DNA of 64,000 nt from a virus: positions 32,001-96,000 of IMG/VR virus record IMGVR_UViG_3300031951_000034. The stretch is one strand, 5' to 3'. Both the position numbers and the translations under genes were made by a program. Below, piece by piece: positions 21,570 to 31,808 of this stretch. A model generated the notes under the pieces. It was given only the letters and a program-made list of their open reading frames with translations. It was not told where the DNA came from and searched no databases. Within the stretch, counting starts at the first letter, position 1, and each line of letters opens with the position of its first letter.

Positions 21570-22465
21570 ATGAAAAAATTAAAACAACTTTACTTATGCC
21601 TAGAAAGTCTCAGTATGGGATTTTCCGGTACCAGAAAATTACTAAAAATGAATAAATATAAAATAGAGATGTCTCGTGGATGTACTGCAGACGCTTTCAT
21701 TGTTAATAATGAAGATTATTATGATCTTCCAGAAGATAAACAAAAAGAGTTCGTAGATTACGTCATAGAACAGATACGGGAAGCTATGAATAGATCAGAG
21801 ATTCACGCCCATACTCTTGTTGAGCTTTTTCAGCCAGATAATTGGGAAACGTCTGAGAGATGTGAGCAGTGCGGAGACTCGGTTCATACCGAATACTGGA
21901 ATTTATAATATGTATTTTCAGCTATCATTAAAAAACCTTTTTCAAACTAAAACTACTTACAAAAATATTTGCTCTATATTTAAGCAGGTCTCAAAAAATA
22001 AAAATATTGAGTTTGAGCTATTCTTCTTTAATGATTACACCTTTAAGGTAGAGCTAGACGCTAGTTTCATTACTGGAAGAGACCACGCTGGAGTATCTTT
22101 TGAATTAAATATTCTAGGAGCTTCTATTAATATTAATTTTTATGACTCAAGGCATTGGGACTACGAAAATAAAATCTGGGAAGAGTAAAAATATGAATGA
22201 AACTGTAATACAAAAAATTACCGACTTAACCGACAAACTATACGAGTTAATTGGTCGGGACCACCACAAGGACCGAGACTGTCATTATTTTATAGAGACA
22301 AAGTGGAGCTACGGAAGACCACCGGTATATGTGATTGTACATAATGGATATATTTTTGATGACATCAGTGAAGAATGGGCTAGTTATGAATTGGCCTGTA
22401 TAAGGTTAAAAGAATTGCTGGAAAGACATGTAAAGTATTTAATGGAATTAGATACGGAACAATAG
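21570..22465 (+). CDS. three small hypothetical ORFs (about 21570-21908, 21910-22188, 22193-22465)
   Basis: Consecutive, closely spaced ORFs with ATG starts. Confidence 0.55.
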
Positions 22466-22611
22466 GGGGGGTACCTCAAAAATATACATTTTTTGCCATA
22501 ATATAATGTAGATATCCTTTATCTATCTAATATATTGTGTAAGCCTTTGGTTTATTGGGTATATTTGTATTTATCATATTGTAGTTTAGTATTGATCATA
22601 AGTTGATGGTT

Positions 22612-22650
22612 AAATCACGCCAATCCTCTTTGGATGGGGGATTGGCGTGA
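22612..22650 (+). terminator. GC-rich hairpin upstream of the tRNA (terminator or processing site)
   Basis: TCACGCCAATCC...GGATTGGCGTGA inverted repeat. Confidence 0.4.
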
Positions 22651-22675
22651 AACCAATTTTACAATAATTATTATT

Positions 22676-22748
<73 letters not shown>

Positions 22749-22769
22749 CTTTTTTGTGGTGCATACTTT

Positions 22770-23040
22770 TAGTGTAATAGTTAAAGCCTGATTTAATCTA
22801 TTAACACTAAACTCGACTTGGCGAGTATAAACAGGTATCTAAGCCAAGTGCGGCAAACCATATGAGTATGGTTGCAATATCCCGATAGCAGCGTTTTGCT
22901 ATCGGCTAGTTGCCTCATTGAACGATAATGAGGTGAAACTGCATGGGAACGATCATCGTTCGATTAGAGCAGTGCAGTGGCTAGAAAAACCGGTGTTCCT
23001 ATACAGAGCTCTACCGGCAATTTTCGTCGCCGACAGGCAA
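22770..23040 (+). ncRNA. unassigned multi-hairpin structured RNA downstream of the tRNA
   Basis: No ORF. Helices ACTTGGC/GCCAAGT, AACCATA/TATGGTT, CGATAGCA/TGCTATCG, CCTCATT/AATGAGG, ACTGC/GCAGT and CCGGT/ACCGG. The strand is assumed. Confidence 0.5.
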
Positions 23041-23043
23041 AAA

Positions 23044-23113
23044 AACCTCTAACCGAGGTCATAACTTTAACCCGTAAAATAGGGTTAAAGACATTGACTC
23101 TCGGTTAGAGGTT
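23044..23113. terminator. long interrupted hairpin at the junction of convergent transcription units
   Basis: AACCTCTAACCGAG/CTCGGTTAGAGGTT (14 bp) enclosing CTTTAACCC/GGGTTAAAG. It overlaps the stop codon of the minus-strand ORF. Confidence 0.55.
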
Positions 23114-23818
23114 ATTTCCATATAGCGGATCGTTACGCTTTTTGTTAGCTACTGAGTTAATTTCGGACGACAGGTTGTTTACTATGTCCTCCAATTGATC
23201 TTCAGAGATCCATGGCAACATTTTGATTTGCTTAAACAGAAGAACGGACTGGTCTCTTATGTATTCATTTAAGAGTCCGGTAGCATAATCTGATTTTGAA
23301 TCCATTTGATTCATCTCTGCTCCGTATGTGCTGCCAAGATATTTCTCTGGCATTTTTGCAAAATGCAATTGAGGAGGAGGAGCAGTAAAGCCTTCCTGAT
23401 CTAGTACAACACCAACTAAAGAGGATATATCAGTTGAAAATAATTCAGAATCGTCATCGTCATTTAGAGAAACCTCTATTACGCCCCATGTAAATTCTGC
23501 AACGGTCATTTCTGCTAATTCGTCTGGATCATTTTCATTATTTAACACAGAGCATACTGCTGTGAACGCTACCCAGTCTTTATAGAAACTATTACTAGTA
23601 ATTGACGATATTATAGAGTGTAATCTATCAAGATTCTCTTCATCTATTTTTACGTCCAGTGTATCAGTAAGCTCCATCGCAAGAGTCTCTGGTTCCCATT
23701 CGTAAATGTCAGTACCAAAAAAATGAAGAGCTATTGCATGAGACACAGTAGCCATTGTACCAGGGGTAGCCATTATTCTTCCAGCTACTTCCTGGTCTTT
23801 TGTTTTGTATGGTAACAT
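23105..23818 (-). CDS. hypothetical acidic protein (237 aa)
   Basis: Long minus-strand ORF, 3 nt from the next minus-strand ORF. Confidence 0.6.
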   Translation of the reverse strand: MLPYKTKDQEVAGRIMATPGTMATVSHAIALHFFGTDIYEWEPETLAMELTDTLDVKIDEENLDRLHSIISSITSNSFYKDWVAFTAVCSVLNNENDPDELAEMTVAEFTWGVIEVSLNDDDDSELFSTDISSLVGVVLDQEGFTAPPPQLHFAKMPEKYLGSTYGAEMNQMDSKSDYATGLLNEYIRDQSVLLFKQIKMLPWISEDQLEDIVNNLSSEINSVANKKRNDPLYGNNL

Positions 23819-23821
23819 TAC

Positions 23822-24838
23822 TTATAGGTATGAAGCTAAAACTTTTCTCTGTTCTTCGCTTAGTCCAGCGATCTTGCTCAAATCCTCAGAATCAGTTCCA
23901 ATACCTATTTCCTCAAAAGCTTCTTTTGTTAATGCAGACTTAAAAACTTCTTGATCAATTGACTGGAGGTCTAATAAAGAATATTTCTCTTCACCCAGTT
24001 CAATTAGGCTTGCCATTTTCTGTGCTTCAACCATGGAAGTATTAAATACACTTTGAAACGGATCTTGAATAGATTTGCCGTAAAATCTTTGAAGCTTGTT
24101 TTGTTGATCAATGGTTTCTAGCATCTCTGCTATCTTTTTCATTCCATCCATCGTCTTCTCTTCAGAGCTTTCAAGAGCGTCTGCTATCTTGCAGAGAGCC
24201 ACTTTATCCGAATCGTCAGAAAGTCTAACGGCTCTTGCCTTGACTTGTTCAGCTAACTTTTGTGTGTTTGTGATATTTCTCCCAGAAACTTGAAGTATTC
24301 TATCTGGAATATTCTTATTGAATTTAGAAAGCTCGTTCGCGATTTTTTCCGCGCACGCAACTTTTTCATTAAAAGTGCATTTATCAATCAAATTAGATAT
24401 AAACTCGTTCGAGAACTTCTCTATGTTTGTTTGATCACCGGCATATTTAATTGTTTTGCCGTTTTTATTTGTTAGCGTTATTTCCCATGTGTCTTCATGG
24501 CTTGCTATCTTGTTGCTTAAAGCTGTTTCACTTTTAATTTGTTCCTTAAGCTTTTCAACGTCCTCGGAAATATTAAAAAAGCTTGCTGCTTTGATTATCT
24601 TTTGTTCGACCTCGTTATTTGGATTGTTAGCTCCATAATAATACGCAGCACTAACAAATACATTCGCTGGATCCGTTATTGGTAGGCTTCTCGTGCTTTC
24701 AGAGGCAAAAGCAGAGTCTGGCAAAGAGCTTAATTCATCTTGCTCTAAAGAGCTTGCTTCTTTTATAAAGTTTGGTACTTCTTTATCTTTAAAAATTTTG
24801 ATAAAGTTATAACCGTAGTCGTAGTAAAAGTCTTTCAT
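23822..24838 (-). CDS. hypothetical protein with an LPDSAFA motif (338 aa), possibly head-associated
   Basis: LSSLPDSAFA...LPITD...SAAYY motif recalled from large-phage proteins. Function unverified. Confidence 0.5.
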   Translation of the reverse strand: MKDFYYDYGYNFIKIFKDKEVPNFIKEASSLEQDELSSLPDSAFASESTRSLPITDPANVFVSAAYYYGANNPNNEVEQKIIKAASFFNISEDVEKLKEQIKSETALSNKIASHEDTWEITLTNKNGKTIKYAGDQTNIEKFSNEFISNLIDKCTFNEKVACAEKIANELSKFNKNIPDRILQVSGRNITNTQKLAEQVKARAVRLSDDSDKVALCKIADALESSEEKTMDGMKKIAEMLETIDQQNKLQRFYGKSIQDPFQSVFNTSMVEAQKMASLIELGEEKYSLLDLQSIDQEVFKSALTKEAFEEIGIGTDSEDLSKIAGLSEEQRKVLASYL

Positions 24839-24840
24839 AT

Positions 24841-27267
24841 ATGTCCTCTATTAATTTAGTCAAATTATTGTCAACTTGCAAGGTTCTTCAATCAGGTACA
24901 ATTGTACCAATTGCAGCCTGTAGATGCCACAATAAAATAGATAATCAAGAAAGTCTAGAAATATTAACAAATGGCCCAGAGCCTATATTTAGGTGTTTTA
25001 AGTGTGGAGAATCTTACTGTGCTACATCATATATGCTGAAAAGGCTTGGGATGACCGATACTCAAGTAATAAATAAATTAATAGAATGTGGGTTTTCGAT
25101 TAATGAGTCAAATTACTTAGTTAGAAGAGGAGTCAAGTATTTAGAGTTTTTAACTAAATTTGAGACGGGCAGGCATGACTACAGGGAAAAGGTTCAATTA
25201 GATGAAAGAAGAATTAAGAGTTATGGAGATTGGTCACAGATCTCTGGCGCTGCATTAAATACCTTATTCTTTAGTAGATCTACAAGTAAATTAAATCAAT
25301 CAGTGGACTATAGTGTACTGATGACTAGGGATGAGAATGGCATACCAAATAAATGCTTAATTTACACTCTTTTGGGTTCTTATATAAGTGAAGTGAAAGT
25401 TCCAGTCCCTAGTGGTAAAATATCTATCTTAGCTGAGAGATGGACTGACTTTGTGCAGTGGACCAGCAAAATAATATTAACTGATTCATCTTTCCTTGCT
25501 TCCAATATATCAAAATCACTGGTTGATACCCAGGGCTTAATATCCTGCCCAGTGGGCGTTATGCTTGGATCGGAAAGCTCAGCAACATTCTTCAATAAGA
25601 TTTCACCAAAGACAGATGTAGTTCTTGGACTTGAAGAAAAGAGCTATAAATTTGCCTGCTTAAGTAATGCATCAACAGATGTATACATATACCGACTCAC
25701 TCAAACTGAGTCTGGTCTTTTTTCTATTACAAAAAGCTTTGATGACGAGATAAACAGAATAACTCCAGTTGATATTGTTCGAGATATAGTATACGAGCTA
25801 AAGCTATCTAATAAAAACGAAATTAAAAGTTTTTGTAATGAAATACTTAAAATGCATAATTGCTCGGATCATTTTAGGAATAGATTAATTGATTTTTATT
25901 GTCTTGAGACAGATACAGACAAAAAAAAGATAAATGAAGCAATAGCAATTTTTGGAACTAGTGTAAACAGTTTTTCAGCAGCTAATAAACAATTTAAGGT
26001 ACACAATAATTGTTATAATGAAGTTCTTCAAGACTGGACAATGAAACCTGTTAGTAACTTCTGGGTAAACATAAACAAAGCTCTTTGCGATGATGAGGGG
26101 AAAATAGAATATGATTGCACGCTGTTTATAGGAGACAACGAAGTTCAGTTTTTTATTCCTCACTGTGACTTCTTCCAGCACAAAAAACTATTTAAAGTAA
26201 TTAATTCTATTTGCGTAAAAAATTCATTAGAACAAGCTTACATGAACGCAAATAAATTAGTTATACAGGCAACTCCATATATTATAAGGGGACTAAATTC
26301 TTCAAAAGTAAACACAGTAAAGAAAGAAACTTATGGAATAAGTAATGAAACTCTTGTAGCTGAAACATTTAAGTGTGATAGAACTGGTATAATTATTTGC
26401 GACAATATAATAGGAGAGAATAATTTAAAAATAAGGACGCCAATAAATTTAAATAATATCAAGGAATACAATAAATTATGTAAAAATCAAATTAATGAAC
26501 TATGTTCGTCTGCCTTTGGCGCTGAAGTATTTGCGGCGTCTTTACAGTTTATACATTCTTTGATTAAAAATGATGTATCACATATTGTATCAAATAAAAA
26601 TATAGTAAGAGCAATATCTGAGGTTCTTGGCATAAGTACAGTAAATAATTTAGTTAAAAGCAAGATGCCACAAGCAATAGAAAAAACACTAAGCACAAAA
26701 AATTTAAATAAAAATTGCTGCACTATTTCGGTGATTGATAGTGACCAAAAATATACAAAAAATTTTATAACCCTGAAAACAGACACTAAACCTCAAATTT
26801 TAAATACAACAGAACCTATGCTGTTATTTATATTTAAGTTTTGCCTGGATAACTTAAATTCAAATTACTCAAAAAACGCAGAAAAACTTTTAAGTAGGGC
26901 TGACCAAGTCTATAACCTAAGAAACGCTATAGCAAAAATGTACAACGCTCAACAGTGTTTAGAGTCTTTTGCTTGGTATATAACAGAAGACATTAATTTA
27001 TCTAAATTTATTGAGACAGACGATAGTGGCACAAATATATATATAAAAGTGTTCACTGAATTAAAGGAAATGGGTTATGACTTCAAAAAGTCAGAGATAA
27101 TAAAATTACTTAAACTTAACCGCAAAAAGGTAACTTATCCTATGATTGACCCCAAAGATAGAAGAGTATTTATCAGGATAGGATTGCCAAATCCAATACA
27201 AGATCAAATAAACAACAAAAACAACACATGGACAACGATAAAGACGAGACATATTTTGATGAATTAA
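24841..27267 (+). CDS. zinc-finger protein with a primase/DUF927-like layout (808 aa)
   Basis: N-terminal CRCH...CFKC zinc-binding motif. No Toprim or Walker A motif recognised. Confidence 0.4.
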   Translation: MSSINLVKLLSTCKVLQSGTIVPIAACRCHNKIDNQESLEILTNGPEPIFRCFKCGESYCATSYMLKRLGMTDTQVINKLIECGFSINESNYLVRRGVKYLEFLTKFETGRHDYREKVQLDERRIKSYGDWSQISGAALNTLFFSRSTSKLNQSVDYSVLMTRDENGIPNKCLIYTLLGSYISEVKVPVPSGKISILAERWTDFVQWTSKIILTDSSFLASNISKSLVDTQGLISCPVGVMLGSESSATFFNKISPKTDVVLGLEEKSYKFACLSNASTDVYIYRLTQTESGLFSITKSFDDEINRITPVDIVRDIVYELKLSNKNEIKSFCNEILKMHNCSDHFRNRLIDFYCLETDTDKKKINEAIAIFGTSVNSFSAANKQFKVHNNCYNEVLQDWTMKPVSNFWVNINKALCDDEGKIEYDCTLFIGDNEVQFFIPHCDFFQHKKLFKVINSICVKNSLEQAYMNANKLVIQATPYIIRGLNSSKVNTVKKETYGISNETLVAETFKCDRTGIIICDNIIGENNLKIRTPINLNNIKEYNKLCKNQINELCSSAFGAEVFAASLQFIHSLIKNDVSHIVSNKNIVRAISEVLGISTVNNLVKSKMPQAIEKTLSTKNLNKNCCTISVIDSDQKYTKNFITLKTDTKPQILNTTEPMLLFIFKFCLDNLNSNYSKNAEKLLSRADQVYNLRNAIAKMYNAQQCLESFAWYITEDINLSKFIETDDSGTNIYIKVFTELKEMGYDFKKSEIIKLLKLNRKKVTYPMIDPKDRRVFIRIGLPNPIQDQINNKNNTWTTIKTRHILMN

Positions 27268-28424
27268 TTAATGAAATAAAACCCCCAAAATGCCCCAAAT
27301 GTGGAAGCGACGACGTAATGACGAACCAATTCCACGCTATATGCCTAACCAATTGCGGATGGGTTGGTGACCTATCTGATGTTGCATCTAACTGTTCTAT
27401 ACTTAAAAGTATTTTTGTATGTGAGAGTTTTTTCAATTTAATAAATACTGGACCAAATAGCATAAAGCAGACAGCATTTGAAATCGCTAAACAAAAGGGG
27501 CTACCTGGATCAGATAACGAAAAAACTATATCAGTTGCTCGCGCATTTCTAAGTGAATTTGATGACTTTGGAGAAGAGATTAATTCAACAAGTTATTATT
27601 CAGATAGATTTATAAAATTACTTAAGCTAAATTCTTTAACTACTTTAAATAGGCTTTGCCATTTATTTGTAAAAATGGATGAAGAGAACCTAAACGTAAA
27701 TAGAACAATACAAGCGTATACAGGATTGATAGATCCTCAAGATAGCAAGGAAATATTAGGTAGTCAGAACAGTGATGAAGCTTTTTTGAGGAAGACCAAC
27801 TTAAATATAGAAAAGAAAAAAACTGATTTTGATGACTACCTGGTGTCTATAAGACACTCAGTTTATGGACGGCCAGACCTCTTTTTTCAAAGAGAGTTTA
27901 CAAAAACTGGAGCATACACAGATAAAAGTAAGCCAAGTATTAATATTTTAAATACGTCAAACATTTGGCAGCCTTTTTATTGGCCATCTATTGATTTTTC
28001 CGCTTCTAATCTTCTTAGGCTTGCAGCAGTTATACAGATCGGCCAAGACAATTTAACTTATGTAGTAAATGAATGCATGGATACTGGCAATTTTTTAGCT
28101 GGTGTTTACAAGCGAAACATTTACTCAAAAGATGTTAAATTTGTTAAGTCTAAAGCTGAAACATCTGAAGAAGCTATAAGGAGAATTAGAACGTCTTTTG
28201 AAAAAACTTTATTAGACGCAGAAAAAAATAATGTTTTCGTTGACCTTAGTTGGATAAAGGACTGGGGCTATGAATACACTCTAGATAAGAGTGTCCACGA
28301 AGTGGTTTCAGCCGCTTTCTGGAGGCAGTCATTATCAATAGAAATGCTTAATTTAATTGGATACAGTAAAGATACGTTGCTGGATGAGATGTATCAAGAG
28401 ATGACACAAAACCATATAAAATAA
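27228..28424 (+). CDS. hypothetical protein with an N-terminal zinc ribbon (398 aa)
   Basis: CPKC...CLTNC motif. Confidence 0.55.
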   Translation: MDNDKDETYFDELINEIKPPKCPKCGSDDVMTNQFHAICLTNCGWVGDLSDVASNCSILKSIFVCESFFNLINTGPNSIKQTAFEIAKQKGLPGSDNEKTISVARAFLSEFDDFGEEINSTSYYSDRFIKLLKLNSLTTLNRLCHLFVKMDEENLNVNRTIQAYTGLIDPQDSKEILGSQNSDEAFLRKTNLNIEKKKTDFDDYLVSIRHSVYGRPDLFFQREFTKTGAYTDKSKPSINILNTSNIWQPFYWPSIDFSASNLLRLAAVIQIGQDNLTYVVNECMDTGNFLAGVYKRNIYSKDVKFVKSKAETSEEAIRRIRTSFEKTLLDAEKNNVFVDLSWIKDWGYEYTLDKSVHEVVSAAFWRQSLSIEMLNLIGYSKDTLLDEMYQEMTQNHIK

Positions 28425-28475
28425 ATTATTGTCCCATAAAACCTAGAAAAGTAGTTTGCTTATAGAAAGTAATTA

Positions 28476-29447
28476 ATGAAACCAAAAATATTAATATATG
28501 GAATGGGAGTTTGGTCACACGCCAGAGTTTACTGGGATCTAATAAATAACCTGTCGGATGAGTTTAACTTTAACTTTATTTCATGGACTTTTGATGGCAA
28601 TTTTGATTTTAATCAATTGTCTAAAAGTTTTGATGCAATATTGATAGACATGAATTCAGCGCAGGAGTGCATTGATGTAGTATTCAATCAAGAAACAATA
28701 AATAAGGTGCTGCCTATTTGCCATGGACCACAGCAAGTTGCTGACTACACCTTTAGGTCAAAAAAAAGTAGACTAAATTCATACACAAATAGAGATATTT
28801 TATATAAAGATACTGATATATTTAGAAATATTTTATGTGTATCTCCTAACACAATTCACGCAATTAAAAAAGAGATACCAGAAATATCTTCAAAGCTTTT
28901 ATTGACCCCACTAGGTGTTGATCAAAATAATTTTAAGATATCAAAATACACCAGGGAAGAAGTTAAGACACTAGGATATTTTACTCACTACAATTCATTG
29001 CATTGTCAGGGGATGGACACAAAAAGAGGGCATCTCGCAAAGCGTGTTTCTGAATTGACAGGAATACCTTTGTATATGAGGTCAGATTCTCCCTATCAAG
29101 TAATGGACCAAATGTATAAAAATATTGACGTATACTTAATGACATCAATCTATGAATCTGGCCCACTTGGATTATTTGAGGCTGGTATATGTGGAATACC
29201 AATTATATCATCACCAGCTGGTTACGCTCCACAATTCCTAAGTAATGGAGGGGGAGTAATGACCGAAACATTTGATGAAGAAGAATACATCAAAATGGCT
29301 GTAAATGTTTTGAATTACTGGAAGAAAAACCCAAAAGACTTTCAAAGAGAGTCCTTAAAAGTAATGCAAAACACTATTGAAAATCATTCATGGGAAGCAG
29401 TAAAAGACAAGTGGGTTAAATCAATAAAAAAATTCATAGATCCTTAA
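28476..29447 (+). CDS. glycosyltransferase, GT-B fold (GT4-like)
   Basis: DVYLMTSIYESGPLGLFEAGICGIPII (E-x7-E) motif. Confidence 0.8.
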   Translation: MKPKILIYGMGVWSHARVYWDLINNLSDEFNFNFISWTFDGNFDFNQLSKSFDAILIDMNSAQECIDVVFNQETINKVLPICHGPQQVADYTFRSKKSRLNSYTNRDILYKDTDIFRNILCVSPNTIHAIKKEIPEISSKLLLTPLGVDQNNFKISKYTREEVKTLGYFTHYNSLHCQGMDTKRGHLAKRVSELTGIPLYMRSDSPYQVMDQMYKNIDVYLMTSIYESGPLGLFEAGICGIPIISSPAGYAPQFLSNGGGVMTETFDEEEYIKMAVNVLNYWKKNPKDFQRESLKVMQNTIENHSWEAVKDKWVKSIKKFIDP

Positions 29448-29474
29448 AAACACAAAAACAACAACCAAAACAAC

Positions 29475-29936
29475 ATGAACGAATTAGAACAACTCCAAGA
29501 CGGTATAACTAAAAACAAGAAAGCTATTTTTTCTGCGTTGTCGGTATTAAACGTGGGGGAAGTAAGTGCTTCTTATAGTGGATCCGGAGATAGTGGATCT
29601 ATCAATGACATAACTTTTTGGATAAAAAATAAAAAAACTAAAAAATTTGAACAAGTATTTGACTGGAAAAAAATATGCGGTAAAACTCCTAAAATCACAA
29701 TAACTGAAATAAATCATTCTTGGGGGTCGACACAATTCCAGTTAGAGTCAAAAGAAAAAGAACTCGATATATACGAAGCAGTTGAAACTTATTTGTATCA
29801 AGTATTAGAGTCACGTCATCCAGGATGGGAAATCAACGCAGGATCTAACGGTGACTTTCAATTTTTTGTTGAAGACAACAAAATAGACTGGAGTCATTGC
29901 ACAATGATAGAAGACTACGAAACAAGCACGCTTTAA
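29475..29936 (+). CDS. DUF6878-like protein
   Basis: YSGSGDSGSI and GWEINAGSNG motifs. The family name is from recall. Confidence 0.55.
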   Translation: MNELEQLQDGITKNKKAIFSALSVLNVGEVSASYSGSGDSGSINDITFWIKNKKTKKFEQVFDWKKICGKTPKITITEINHSWGSTQFQLESKEKELDIYEAVETYLYQVLESRHPGWEINAGSNGDFQFFVEDNKIDWSHCTMIEDYETSTL

Positions 29937-30277
29937 TGAGTCACCCATACCATCACAGCATGTCTTCTGTGAAAAAGTGGGGTGGATGCGTAGACGATTA
30001 TATAGAAATACATAACTGGTTTGACCAAAGCAAAGAAATGTTTGCTGATTTCAGGCACAGAGCTTTAAGGCATCACTCCGAAGGCATATATCAATGTGAA
30101 AGACAATTTGGCACAACAATAACACTATCTACCGGAAAGATCATACCGACTAGGTGGGTTGCCGAACAACATGTAGCAGAAGACTTGGGACGTATACCAA
30201 GTATTCAGGACTGGTTTGAAAATATACAACCAAAGACCTGGATGAGAAGACCGCAAAAATTAACAGAAGAACTATAA
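29936..30277 (+). CDS. DUF6915-like protein
   Basis: HPYHHS.SS..KWGG..DDY..IH.WFD.SK...HRALRHH motif. TAATG coupling to the upstream gene. Confidence 0.6.
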   Translation: MSHPYHHSMSSVKKWGGCVDDYIEIHNWFDQSKEMFADFRHRALRHHSEGIYQCERQFGTTITLSTGKIIPTRWVAEQHVAEDLGRIPSIQDWFENIQPKTWMRRPQKLTEEL

Positions 30278-30279
30278 AA

Positions 30280-31278
30280 ATGGAAAATAAACAAACACAA
30301 AAAAACAATAAATTCATGTTTAAGTGGAAGAAAAGATTTGGCGATGACAGATCTTTTAGTTGGTTAGAGTGTCACATAAAAGAACTAGGATGGACTTATG
30401 GAATAGAAGAAGGGTTTAAAAAAAATGGATATACTGCATGGGTTGAGCTAGTTAGGTTCGCTGAGCCAGTTACTATAATTAAAAAACCAGCAAAAACTAT
30501 AGAGGAAGCAGAAAAAGAGTGTAAAAAACATTTTGTATCTACTTCCGATAAGATTCAGGAATATATAAAGAAAAACAAAGTAAAATAAAGATGAGTACTC
30601 ATCCAAGGACAGATAAAGTTTCAACTCCACATATAGGTTTTTACTCATGCGCCACAGTACCATCTAGTTTTGCCGCTGAGCTGGAAACAGAAAATGAGTC
30701 ACTAAAAAAAGAAATTGAAACACTTAAAACTAAAATAGTTAATCAATGTGATCGTATACGGTATTTAGAGGGTGCCACAAGTCATGACTGCGGAACACCG
30801 CTTTCAATAGCATTACGCGAGCGTGATGATGCCAGAAATGCTTTTACAATCGCAACAGACGAAATGGTTAAGGCACAATCAAAGACGCGAGAAATATCCA
30901 TGAAACTACAGACAGAATTGTCAGAATTAAAGCTGCATAATAGTAATTTGCAAATGTCCAACATACGATTAAATAATTTATTATGCGAACACGGAATACT
31001 TGAATATGGGAACTAAAAAAAGATGTATAGATATGGTGCGGACAACTGACGGAAGGCACCCAGAAGACGCTATATATGAGGTGGTGTCGTTTTTTATAAA
31101 ATTAAATGAATTAATGAATTTAGAGTTTTCAAGATTATATAAAAGTTTAAATATGAATCACCAAGGAATTAAAATACTTCAAGAATACATAAATTCTTGC
31201 CGGAATCATGATTTTGAAGATTTTTCACATTATCTAGAAACAATTAATAAAGATTACAATAAATTAATAAAAAAATAA
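30280..31278 (+). CDS. three small hypothetical ORFs (30280-30588, 30591-31016, 31000-31278)
   Basis: Consecutive, closely spaced ORFs. The second is coiled-coil rich. Confidence 0.55.
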
Positions 31279-31279
31279 A

Positions 31280-31621
31280 ATGAGCAATAATGAGTATACC
31301 CCCCATAAATGGGTTATAGTTAAAATATATGGAGAAAACATAAAAACCACTTATAAGGTTTTTGGCTGCTGGTACGGGGGGTACACAGGCAGCGATTCTT
31401 GGCAAATGAACAGCGGAATACAGAGCGCTGAAAAAGTGGGAGAAAATTGGATATTTAAAGGGTTTTCTGGGTCTGTGTACATATGTAATCCAGGAAATTA
31501 TGGATTAAGTCTATACTGCAGTGGCGAACTTGAACAAATTATAGAAAGGTCAAAAAAAGAGGGGGTTACTGTTTGGCCTATGCATGGTGGCCTCGACTGG
31601 ACTAAATTTGATTATGAGTGA
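31280..31621 (+). CDS. conserved phage hypothetical protein
   Basis: YTPHKWVIVKI...YKVF..W.GGY.GSDSW.MNSGI motif common in myoviruses. Confidence 0.6.
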   Translation: MSNNEYTPHKWVIVKIYGENIKTTYKVFGCWYGGYTGSDSWQMNSGIQSAEKVGENWIFKGFSGSVYICNPGNYGLSLYCSGELEQIIERSKKEGVTVWPMHGGLDWTKFDYE

Positions 31622-31808
31622 CGAACATAAAGTCGTAAGATTAATTCAAGACTCCCAAAGAATGGGATTCAAGATAAGAAAATGTAAAAATGGACTACAG
31701 TTAATACACAAGAATAAAAATGTCCATATACACACTATTCATAAGGGGAAGAGAGCATTACATCCATTGATCAGATTTCTTGATAAAACATCTGCAATTC
31801 TTCAATAA
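31614..31808 (+). CDS. small basic protein, weakly HicA-like
   Basis: 64 aa, with MGF.IR...G and His-rich pattern. Confidence 0.3.
   Translation: MSDEHKVVRLIQDSQRMGFKIRKCKNGLQLIHKNKNVHIHTIHKGKRALHPLIRFLDKTSAILQ

Noticed and set aside
22770-23040. tmRNA, RNase P or group I intron identity for the structured region
   Set aside because: There is no tRNA-like acceptor/T-arm with CCA, no GAGGAAAGTC P4 motif and no P7 consensus. It is left unassigned.
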